Assembly (NCBI GenBank): GCA_963705105.1
Contig: CAVPIW010000014.1
Location: 160,001-224,000, forward strand
DNA length: 64,000 bases
Source of the DNA: an uncultured Nitrospiraceae bacterium
GTDB taxonomy: Bacteria > Nitrospirota > Thermodesulfovibrionia > Thermodesulfovibrionales > Dissulfurispiraceae
Reading direction: 5' to 3'
The notes beneath the pieces are model-generated. The model made no database searches. It was not told the DNA's origin and saw only the letters and a list, made by a program, of their open reading frames with translations. The position numbers and the translations under genes are program-made. Below, one piece after another: positions 56,296-64,000 of the stretch. Numbering within the stretch: position 1 is the first letter of the stretch; the number at the start of each line of letters is the position of its first letter.

Positions 56296-56328
56296 TGATC
56301 CTTGACGTTAGGCCGCACCCTTGCAATC

Positions 56329-57182
56329 TGTCAATGGTCATCGAAAAGTGTACCAGTTTGGGGCCTTCCTCAGGGTTGATACTGTGAGAGGGACCTGGCC
56401 GTCGCCGGTCAAGATGGTCCTCTCAGAAGCCCCAGGATAGATGATCTCGGGGCGGTCCATACCGTGGCAGTCTGTCATGCGCCGTTGTTTCTCTCCTTGA
56501 AGTCTTTCACACGGTAGCTGTTGCCTTTGATGTTGATCACCCGACAGTGATGCAGTAGCCGGTCAAGGATCGCTGAAGCGATCACCGGGTCGCCGAAGAG
56601 TTCTTCCCACTCCGAGAAGCTCTTGTTCGAGGTGATCACGGTGCTGGCCCGCTCGTATCGGCGGCAGATGAACTGGAAAACCAGATGAGCCTCCTGCCGG
56701 GTGATCGGCATATAGCCCACCTCATCCACGACGACCAGGGCGCTTCTGTCGTATCCTCGTCCTCTCGATGCGCTCTCGGCATTCTGCTTGAGCTTGCCGA
56801 TCAGTTCGGCCATGGTGGTGAAGTAGATGCTGATGCCGGAGTAGCATGCCTTGATGGCCAAAGCGGTAGCCAGATGGGTCTTTCCCACTCCCGGAGGGCC
56901 GAGGAAGATGACGTTTTCCTTGCGGCCAACGAAGTCAAGGTCGAAGAGGTGCATGACCGATCTCTTGTCCAGGGTTTCGTGGAAGGAGAAGTCGTACTGT
57001 TCGATCGTCTTGTCGGAGGAAAGCCCGGCGATCTTCAAGGAAGTCCTGACCCGGCGCTCTTCCTTCGCCGTCACCTCTTCCTGCAAAAGCCGGTCGAGGA
57101 AGGCGAGGTATGTCTCACTGCTGTCTTGCGCCTGATCGGCCACGATCTGCAGCATGTCCTGAATACGGGTCAGTCGAAGCCG
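56329..57182 (-). mobile_element. IS21-family remnant (terminal IR plus 5'-truncated istB; istA absent)
   Basis: TGTCAATGGTCATCGAAAAGTGTACCA end at 56329, next to the istB 3' end. Confidence 0.75.
56475..57182 (-). pseudogene. istB: IstB ATPase, 5'-truncated
   Basis: GPPGVGKTHLA, DEVGY, TSN, AILDRLLHH, GNSYR; N-terminus replaced by unrelated sequence. Confidence 0.8.
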
Positions 57183-57269
57183 GGTCTTCAGGCTGACTAT
57201 GAGCTTCGGGTCGCCCGGACTATGATCGGTCCTGAAGTCGAGAAAAGGGTCCAGCGCCACGTGGCATAG
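57183..57269 (+). pseudogene. C-terminal remnant of a HigA-like antitoxin
   Basis: GLQADYELRVARTMIGPEVEKRVQRHVA* resembles the HigA tail (LQxxYDL). Confidence 0.5.
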
Positions 57270-57430
57270 CACGATTATGTCATGCGGTCATGCAGGCTCA
57301 GGCAGAGAGGGAGGATAGTCAGGGTTGCCGAGAAGATAGCATTATTCTATACGACAAAGAGCGACCCTTTCTAAGACCACATTATGCTACAATGTAGTTA
57401 CAAAGATGTAAGAATGGCAGGAGGTGTTTT

Positions 57431-57706
57431 ATGGGGCAGACATCGGTCAACATTCGTGAGCTAAAAAGCCGTCTGAGCCATTATCTCAGGCTGACCAAGG
57501 CAGGGGAATCGGTCGTGATCACCGAGCGCGGCACCCCGATCGGCCGCATTGTGCCGATGGCCGCTCCGATAGAGCAACGGATAGAGGCTATGACACAGGC
57601 AGGCCTGGCGCTCTGGAACAGGAAAAAACTTAAATCTATTCCGCCCGTAGTCAAGGTGCGTGGTAAACGTACGGTGGCCTCTCTGTTGATCGAGGACCGC
57701 GAGTGA
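57431..57706 (+). CDS. Phd/YefM-family antitoxin
   Basis: VNIRELKSRLSHYL..GESVVITERGTPIGRIVP. Confidence 0.9.
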   Translation: MGQTSVNIRELKSRLSHYLRLTKAGESVVITERGTPIGRIVPMAAPIEQRIEAMTQAGLALWNRKKLKSIPPVVKVRGKRTVASLLIEDRE

Positions 57707-58140
57707 TCGTCTATCTGGACGCGAGTGCCCTCGTTAAGCGGTATGTCTCCGAGGCCGGCTCCAGGGAGGTCAATGATTTAATTGCCGAGGCTCCTGTGGT
57801 TGGCACCGCTGCAATCAGTCATGCCGAGGTTTCTTCGGCCCTGGCAAAGGCTGCCAGAATGGGGCTGCTTTCACGGGAGGATGCAGCTTCCGCCCTTCAG
57901 GTTTTCAACGCGGAATGGGAAAGTCTGGTCCGGCTTCAGATGACAGAGGTCCTCATTTCCCATGCTGCAATGATGGCGTGGGAGCACGGCCTGCGGGGAT
58001 ACGACTCGGTGCATCTTGCGGCGGCGGTCTTCTGGCAGGATATGCTTGGAGAAGAGGTTTTGCTTGCCACCTATGACCGTCAACTTTGGGACACGGCAAA
58101 GACAATCGGCCTGATGGCGTGGCCCGAATCGCTTAAATGA
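57703..58140 (+). CDS. vapC: VapC/PIN-domain toxin
   Basis: YLDASALVK, LRGYDSVHLA, TYD; GTGA overlap with the antitoxin. Confidence 0.9.
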   Translation: MIVYLDASALVKRYVSEAGSREVNDLIAEAPVVGTAAISHAEVSSALAKAARMGLLSREDAASALQVFNAEWESLVRLQMTEVLISHAAMMAWEHGLRGYDSVHLAAAVFWQDMLGEEVLLATYDRQLWDTAKTIGLMAWPESLK

Positions 58141-58568
58141 GCATCAGCAGGGAGATACGGTCTGGCGCTCTTTACGTACGACGCACATTTCAGGTATGAA
58201 CGGTCTCCTGTTGCGGGAACTTCCCGTCAGTGAGCCCGTTCTCTGTGACGCTGAAGGGTTAAAAACAATAAGCAAGACCCCGAAGGAGTACCCACTGCAT
58301 TCCAATTTGTAACCCCTTCTCTCTGTAATGATTTAGACAAAATGATCCTTATCCCTTTGTCGAAAAACTTTACAGGTTTATTACATTTAATACCCCGCAG
58401 TCTCTGCTGCGGGAACCTTGCGTCGTCGGGGTGCAGGGCGTCGGAGCGAAGCGAGTTTAGTTTATTGAATCCCTGAAATGTCATTGTCATTCACAGCGCG
58501 TGCGCGAATCCCTCTGAAAGAGCGATCCAAAAGGTCAACTCTCTGATTAAAGGGTGGCATATCGTTTT

Positions 58569-58662
58569 TGTCGAAAAATTTTACAGAAGGGCAAAACAAA
58601 AGCATCAAACACATAATTACTATTAATTATCAACACTTTACTATGTTGGCACGAACTTTGTT
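58569..58662 (+). promoter_or_regulatory. Enhancer, IHF site and sigma-54-like promoter of the second PEP-CTERM gene
   Basis: TGTCGAAAAATTTTACA at 58569; TATCAACACTTTA at 58628; TGGCACGAACTTTGTT at 58647 (-12 GT variant). Confidence 0.7.
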
Positions 58663-58723
58663 AAAAAACGTGGGGCCTTGTGCCCGCTTTTGCACGATAG
58701 CGTCATTTTTAAAGGGGGCTCTC

Positions 58724-59392
58724 ATGACAAAGATAGTTGCTGTGATATCGACTCTTTTTCTTATAGTTATAGTCGCAGGATTTATTCAGGTTGCCCAGGC
58801 TGAGCTGATGAATGGGGACTTCAGTATGGGATCGAATGGATTGGATGGCTGGACAACTGACGGGGATGTGAGTGTACCTGCAGGCGAAGCACGTTTGAGT
58901 GATGCTGTGGCTTCTTACAGCCTCTTATACCAAGGCGTTGCGTTAACGCCTGGCTCGTATACTTTGGAGTTTGACTTCAAGCACAATCTCTCGCCCGAAC
59001 CATATATTGAGAACGACTTTTCTTTTCTCGACACCTTCTTCGCATCAATCTATTTCATTGATATTTTGTCCAATTTTGACCTCGACACTCCGGGATACGA
59101 CGGCGCAACTGCCCTCTTTGACATGGATTCAACGGGTCCATTTAACATCAATGGATTAATCAGCACAAGCAGCAACTGGTCCCATTTTTCTCTGACTTTC
59201 CAAAATATGCATGCATACGCAATCCCGACTTTTGAATTGTTTAACCTGAACAATAATTCCAGCGATAGCACTGTTTATATCGACAACGTCACCATCACTA
59301 CGGCCGCCGTTCCTGAGCCGTCGACGCTGCTCCTTCTGGGCGGCGGACTGCTTGGACTCGTGGGAATGGGGCTGAGAAGGTTCATGCAGTAG
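58724..59392 (+). CDS. PEP-CTERM sorting domain protein
   Basis: Signal peptide (AQA), NGDF..GW, IDNV, VPEPSTLLLLGGGLLGL..RR. Confidence 0.92.
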   Translation: MTKIVAVISTLFLIVIVAGFIQVAQAELMNGDFSMGSNGLDGWTTDGDVSVPAGEARLSDAVASYSLLYQGVALTPGSYTLEFDFKHNLSPEPYIENDFSFLDTFFASIYFIDILSNFDLDTPGYDGATALFDMDSTGPFNINGLISTSSNWSHFSLTFQNMHAYAIPTFELFNLNNNSSDSTVYIDNVTITTAAVPEPSTLLLLGGGLLGLVGMGLRRFMQ

Positions 59393-59599
59393 CGAGAACG
59401 GATCAATCTTTTTTTGAAGTTGAAGGGGAATGACGGAAATCGTATAGCATTTGCACAGATGAATACAGAAAGAAATCGAACATGAGCCGGTCAAGATGAT
59501 ATTGCCACACAGCAGTGTCATGATGGCCGGCTGTTCGTTTTCATGCCCGAGTGGGTCCCCGGTAATATCGTGTCTTTGAAATAGCAAGGAGGAATTGCC

Positions 59600-62500
59600 A
59601 TGGTGGTCATCGACGGCGTCAGGAGGGGGTTGTTATCCCTCACTCCAGTTCTGCTAATTCTGCTGAGTCTCATCATCGCCTCGCCGCCGTGTCATGGTCA
59701 GACCCTTTCGGATCTCAGCGGTTCCGTCACCGTCACGACAGCCAACGAGCGGTCTACCCTCGACAGGGTCACGCGGAAGATCACGAGCACCGCCGACGTG
59801 ACGATCAGGAACACGTCAAGCCAGGCCGTCTCCGGTCCCCTGCACGCGGTGATCACCATCAACAGCTCCCAGGCGAGCCAGGTGACCATGCCGTCTCCCG
59901 CCCTCGGGGGACACACCAGTCCGCCTTACAACAAATACTACTACGACCTCACATCGAAACTGACGAACAACATCCTGGCGCCCAACGGGGCCGTGACGTT
60001 TCAGGTCAAGTTCGTCAGGCCAAGCACGGTTACCTTTACATATACGGTAAAGGCATACGGAGTCCTGCAGGCGGCGAACGTGCCTCCCACTGCCAATGCC
60101 GGATCGAACCAGACGATTACTCTGCTGCCCGGACAACTGTCGGTAAACTTTACACTTGATGGTAGTCAGTCAAGAGACCAAGACGGAACGATTGCATCCT
60201 TCAGATGGACAGGCACTCCTGACCCGGCGGATGCGCAGATGCCGACGGTCCAGCTTTCCGCCGGGACTTACATCTTCACCCTCGTAGTGACGGACAATAA
60301 CGGGGCATCGAGCAACCCGGCAACAGTGACGATAACCGTTTTGCCACCTCCCAATCAGGCGCCCGTTGCAAATGCGGGTTCTGACCGGACGATCACCCTC
60401 CAGCCGGGACAACTGTCGGTAAACTTTACACTTGATGGTAGTCAGTCAAGAGACCAAGACGGAACGATTGCATCCTTCAGATGGACGGGCACTCCGGACC
60501 CTGCCGATGTCGCACAGCCGACAGTTGCACTGGGACAAGGTACTCATACCTTCACTCTCGTTGTGACAGACGACAAGAATGCGACGAGCCAGCCCGCCAC
60601 GGTCACAATCACCGTGCGGCCTGCCCAGCCTCCGCAGCTCTCGGTCAACCCTCTTTCGTATATTGTCAACCAGGGCCAATCCCTCACGATCAACGTCTCG
60701 GCTGTCGACCCCAACGGAGAGCTGGTCACCCTTTCCGCATTCCCGGCTTTAAAGAACGCGGCCTTTTCAGGTACCCCGGGAGTCTCGGCGAACGGCGTCT
60801 TCGCGTTTACACCGGATGCAGGCCAGTCGGGCATCCATATGGTGAGCTTCAAGGCGACGGACCCCACGGGTCTGAGCGATACGAAGACAGTTGAGATCAG
60901 CGTGAGCAAGGTGAACCATGGCCCGGTGCTGATGCTCCAGGCGAGCGCAACGGTCGACGAGGGAGCAATAATCGCTATCCCCGTGAAAGCGACCGATCCT
61001 GACGGAGACATCGTGACGCTAACGGCATCCGGCCTGCCCGCAAATGCCCTGTTCATCCCCTCAACAGGGACGATCACCTTTGCGCCCGACTATACCCAGG
61101 CCGGTACCGTCGTCATATCGGTAACGGCGAGCGACGGAGTGCTTTCCGACACCAAATCGGTGCAGGTAACGGTGAATAATGTGCCCACCGGGAGCGCCGG
61201 CCAAGGTGGGCTGGTACTCACTGTGGACCCTGTAGAAAGCCCCTCTTTCCTGACCACCCAGAGGATTACGGGAAGTGTGAATGCTCCGACCCAACCCCCG
61301 ACCCCCCGGCTCAAATCGGCCCTGATAACCTCTTTGGTTCCGGCCGTCGCAGAGCAAGGGACAACTCTGAATGTCCTTCTAACCGGGAACGCGGGAGACT
61401 ACCCAACTCATTTCACAAATGGGGTCAGCAAGGCGGATTTCGGCGCAGGCATCACGGTAACGTCTCTCAGTGTGACCGGTCCCGGTCAGGCGACCGCCGT
61501 GATATCGATTGATCCAAACGCCGCCGAAGGGCCCCGCTCGATCAGCGTCGTCACGGGAGCCGAAACGGCGGTTTCCGTTCTGGCCTTCAACGTGATGAAA
61601 GGAAAGACCAGAATGACCGGAAGGATCGTTGATGCGGAGACAGGACAGGCCATCCCGGGGGCGACGGTCACTGTCAAGGGATCGACCATAACAGCCGTAA
61701 CGGATGGAAACGGCTATTTCATCCTGGAAAATGCTCCTGCGGGTCAACAGGTGCTTTTGGTGTACGCCACGGACCACCAGCTGATCGAGATGCCTATCTC
61801 GGCCGGGACAGGGTCGGCGCAGGACCTGGGCAACATAAAGACAGAGTCCACCGTTTTCAACCCCAACGCGCCTTCTTCGGCTTCCATCGGAAGCCTCCTC
61901 CACAGAGGTATCAACAATGAAACAAGGATCAAATCCCCCGAAGAGGCCAGGCAACTGGTGAAGGACGCTGTTTTGTCGGTCGGAGGGGAGGATATCGGCT
62001 TGCTGGATGACTATGGGAATCAGGAGAACCCGAATATCCCGGGGAAGCCCTTTATGAGCCTTGGGAAAGATGCCATTGAAACGCTGGCCATGCGTACCCT
62101 GTCAGGGGAGTCAAGGAGTCTCGGAGAGTTGCTCCATTCTTTTACGGTCTTGTGGCAGTGGCAGAACGGTCCTCCGAAACTGAAGCAATGGATCCAGGGG
62201 ATTCAGAATGTCGTTAATCGAGCCTGGAACAACCCCAACGATCCCCAAAACGCCCTCTTTATCCTTCTTTTTAACCCGGGGGGGAGTCTGGCTTCGACTC
62301 CTCCGCAGATCGTTCCGGACCTCAGACTGAACGCGCTGCAGGCCCATTTGGCGGAACTGACGCTGCTTCTTTCCGCCACCAGGACAGTGGATCCCAAAGT
62401 GATTCACGACCAGGTGGTCGCGAAATATCCGGAACTGGCATGGTCCTTTGATTTAAGGAGGGCATCGGTTCCCATGTTGGCCCAGTCGGGGGGGGAACCG

Positions 62501-64000
62501 CCTTCACTGACACCCGTGGCCAGGGCGGAAAGAACCAGTTATTCCGGGCAGTCCGGCAAGAAGATTCTGCTCAGAGCCGAGGATGTGGGCTACAGTCCGG
62601 TGGGGCTGACTTACTCCTGGACCGTGCTGGAGAAGCCCGCAGGCAGCACGTCAGCGTCTCTTCTGGAAAACGATGACCAGAAGATCTGTTATTTCACCGG
62701 GGATTCACGCGGGGACTACGTCATCAGACTGGTTGTCCGGGCCGGGGATAAGGTAAGCGCCCCGTTCGATTTCAGGGTGAACGTGGACGACCCCTGCATC
62801 TGGGGTGAGGAGAGAAGCTGGAAGAACGCTGATGCCTCGTGGAATAGCGTGCTCTGCAATTTTGCCAATCAGGTTCCACTTACCTATGCCCAGCAGATCC
62901 CGGCAACCCTTTTTGCGAACTTTCTGGAAGGAACGACGCCGCTCGATACCTTCGATGCCAAACTGAAAGCAGCAGACAATCTGAAGACATTTCTTGATCT
63001 CAATGATTTCAAGGCGTCGCAATCGAAGATCACTGCGGCCAGCGTTTACAGCCAGCACTATCCGGATATTCTCAAGGAGGCAAACAGCAATACGACCAAG
63101 TTCTCCGCCTTTAAGACGTTTGCTGTGAATCAATTGGTGGAAGGCATGAGAGGCTTTGTGGAGGGTCAGATTTCCCAGGTGGCAAAAGACCTCATGTACG
63201 GCATCCTCGACAAGATGATCGACAAATACATCGACAGCCTCCGCCCGGCGTCTCCTTTCATTAGAAAGACGGAAGTCGTTGACATAGAAGGGATCAACAG
63301 GAAAGGGGTACTGGTCACTTTCGAAAGGTCCCCCGGCGACCGAGGGGAGTCTGAGGGCGGAACGTGGCATTTCTATTACATGCTCTGGAGATATTCGGCA
63401 AACGAGATGACCCGGCTGTTTATTGGAAAGGAGGGGAAATTGCCCGGTCCCCTTGCCAGTCCTGACAACAAAGACGTCCTGACGTACCTGGATCCCAGTC
63501 CTCCGGAGGGACAGTGTGCCTACTACGTTCAGGCGCGGCGAATCATGGGGGGACCGGTCATCAACGAAGAGTGGAATGAGGGCCAATTCTTCGTCGAGTT
63601 TATGCTCAACACCGTTCAGCCCCCTTACGCTAACGTATACACCCATGTGAAGACATTCTCTGACAAGGTGCTCTATTTCTACAAGGCCCTGAAGCTTCAG
63701 GACAGCGATCTGAGCGAACCCGCAAGACTCTATGTGCCAAAGGCCCTGGAAACCCCTCCGCCGCCGGTGAGCCTTGCTTCGACCAAAGAATTCGGCCCTT
63801 ACAACGGCGATGTGCTCATCAGCATGCCCATCTTTAACAGCCTCTTCAGGTTGAGGGGAACAAGGATGGAATACCTGCTTTCATGCGGATTCAAGGACCC
63901 TTACCAGGTGGGCCTGGCCACGGATTTTCACGGCAATATCTATTCCGATAATTCCGCAAGCGATGCCATGTTCGGGGGAAGGATCTTTCGGTGGAAGCCC
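59600..64000 (+). CDS. Very large exported protein with PKD, cadherin/Ig-like and carboxypeptidase-regulatory-like domains (runs off window; not in ORF track)
   Basis: AAGGAGG plus ATG at 59600; frame read open to 64000 (>1460 aa); PTANAG..LDGSQS.D.DG..F.W twice, ATDPDGD, GRIVDAETGQAIPGATV. Confidence 0.88.
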   Translation, partial: MVVIDGVRRGLLSLTPVLLILLSLIIASPPCHGQTLSDLSGSVTVTTANERSTLDRVTRKITSTADVTIRNTSSQAVSGPLHAVITINSSQASQVTMPSPALGGHTSPPYNKYYYDLTSKLTNNILAPNGAVTFQVKFVRPSTVTFTYTVKAYGVLQAANVPPTANAGSNQTITLLPGQLSVNFTLDGSQSRDQDGTIASFRWTGTPDPADAQMPTVQLSAGTYIFTLVVTDNNGASSNPATVTITVLPPPNQAPVANAGSDRTITLQPGQLSVNFTLDGSQSRDQDGTIASFRWTGTPDPADVAQPTVALGQGTHTFTLVVTDDKNATSQPATVTITVRPAQPPQLSVNPLSYIVNQGQSLTINVSAVDPNGELVTLSAFPALKNAAFSGTPGVSANGVFAFTPDAGQSGIHMVSFKATDPTGLSDTKTVEISVSKVNHGPVLMLQASATVDEGAIIAIPVKATDPDGDIVTLTASGLPANALFIPSTGTITFAPDYTQAGTVVISVTASDGVLSDTKSVQVTVNNVPTGSAGQGGLVLTVDPVESPSFLTTQRITGSVNAPTQPPTPRLKSALITSLVPAVAEQGTTLNVLLTGNAGDYPTHFTNGVSKADFGAGITVTSLSVTGPGQATAVISIDPNAAEGPRSISVVTGAETAVSVLAFNVMKGKTRMTGRIVDAETGQAIPGATVTVKGSTITAVTDGNGYFILENAPAGQQVLLVYATDHQLIEMPISAGTGSAQDLGNIKTESTVFNPNAPSSASIGSLLHRGINNETRIKSPEEARQLVKDAVLSVGGEDIGLLDDYGNQENPNIPGKPFMSLGKDAIETLAMRTLSGESRSLGELLHSFTVLWQWQNGPPKLKQWIQGIQNVVNRAWNNPNDPQNALFILLFNPGGSLASTPPQIVPDLRLNALQAHLAELTLLLSATRTVDPKVIHDQVVAKYPELAWSFDLRRASVPMLAQSGGEPPSLTPVARAERTSYSGQSGKKILLRAEDVGYSPVGLTYSWTVLEKPAGSTSASLLENDDQKICYFTGDSRGDYVIRLVVRAGDKVSAPFDFRVNVDDPCIWGEERSWKNADASWNSVLCNFANQVPLTYAQQIPATLFANFLEGTTPLDTFDAKLKAADNLKTFLDLNDFKASQSKITAASVYSQHYPDILKEANSNTTKFSAFKTFAVNQLVEGMRGFVEGQISQVAKDLMYGILDKMIDKYIDSLRPASPFIRKTEVVDIEGINRKGVLVTFERSPGDRGESEGGTWHFYYMLWRYSANEMTRLFIGKEGKLPGPLASPDNKDVLTYLDPSPPEGQCAYYVQARRIMGGPVINEEWNEGQFFVEFMLNTVQPPYANVYTHVKTFSDKVLYFYKALKLQDSDLSEPARLYVPKALETPPPPVSLASTKEFGPYNGDVLISMPIFNSLFRLRGTRMEYLLSCGFKDPYQVGLATDFHGNIYSDNSASDAMFGGRIFRWKP

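Noticed and set aside
56306..56313. GTTAGGC as a second attC core
   Set aside because: No complementary RYYYAAC arm or cassette ORF found; it sits between two IS ends.
62705..63646. 313-aa minus-strand ORF
   Set aside because: Antisense shadow of the giant plus-strand protein.

Overview
GC-rich bacterial chromosome segment spanning the probable replication origin (prfB-oriC-dnaA-dnaN-gyrB). Gene content suggests an anaerobic Gram-negative organism, possibly Nitrospirota/Thermodesulfovibrionia-like; that taxonomy is an impression, not a test. Positions 1-48.5 kb are mostly housekeeping and signalling genes (lnt, kdsB, pyrG, citrate synthase, photolyase, moaC, tolQRAB, heptose kinase, hisAF, a CHASE2 cyclase operon, HD-GYP, PilZ), with about nine copies of a modular MITE-like repeat between them. 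From 48.5 kb on is an accessory region with repeated copies of a glycosyltransferase 3' end, an integron cassette whose attC carries a group IIC intron stub, IS1182, IS21 and TA remnants, two PEP-CTERM genes and a very large surface protein. Several things the ORF track misses: two probable exported selenoproteins (in-frame UGA plus SECIS-like hairpin), the prfB programmed frameshift, a probable CTG start, two single-base frameshifts, and two edge-truncated CDSs. All calls are by eye, without database searches.
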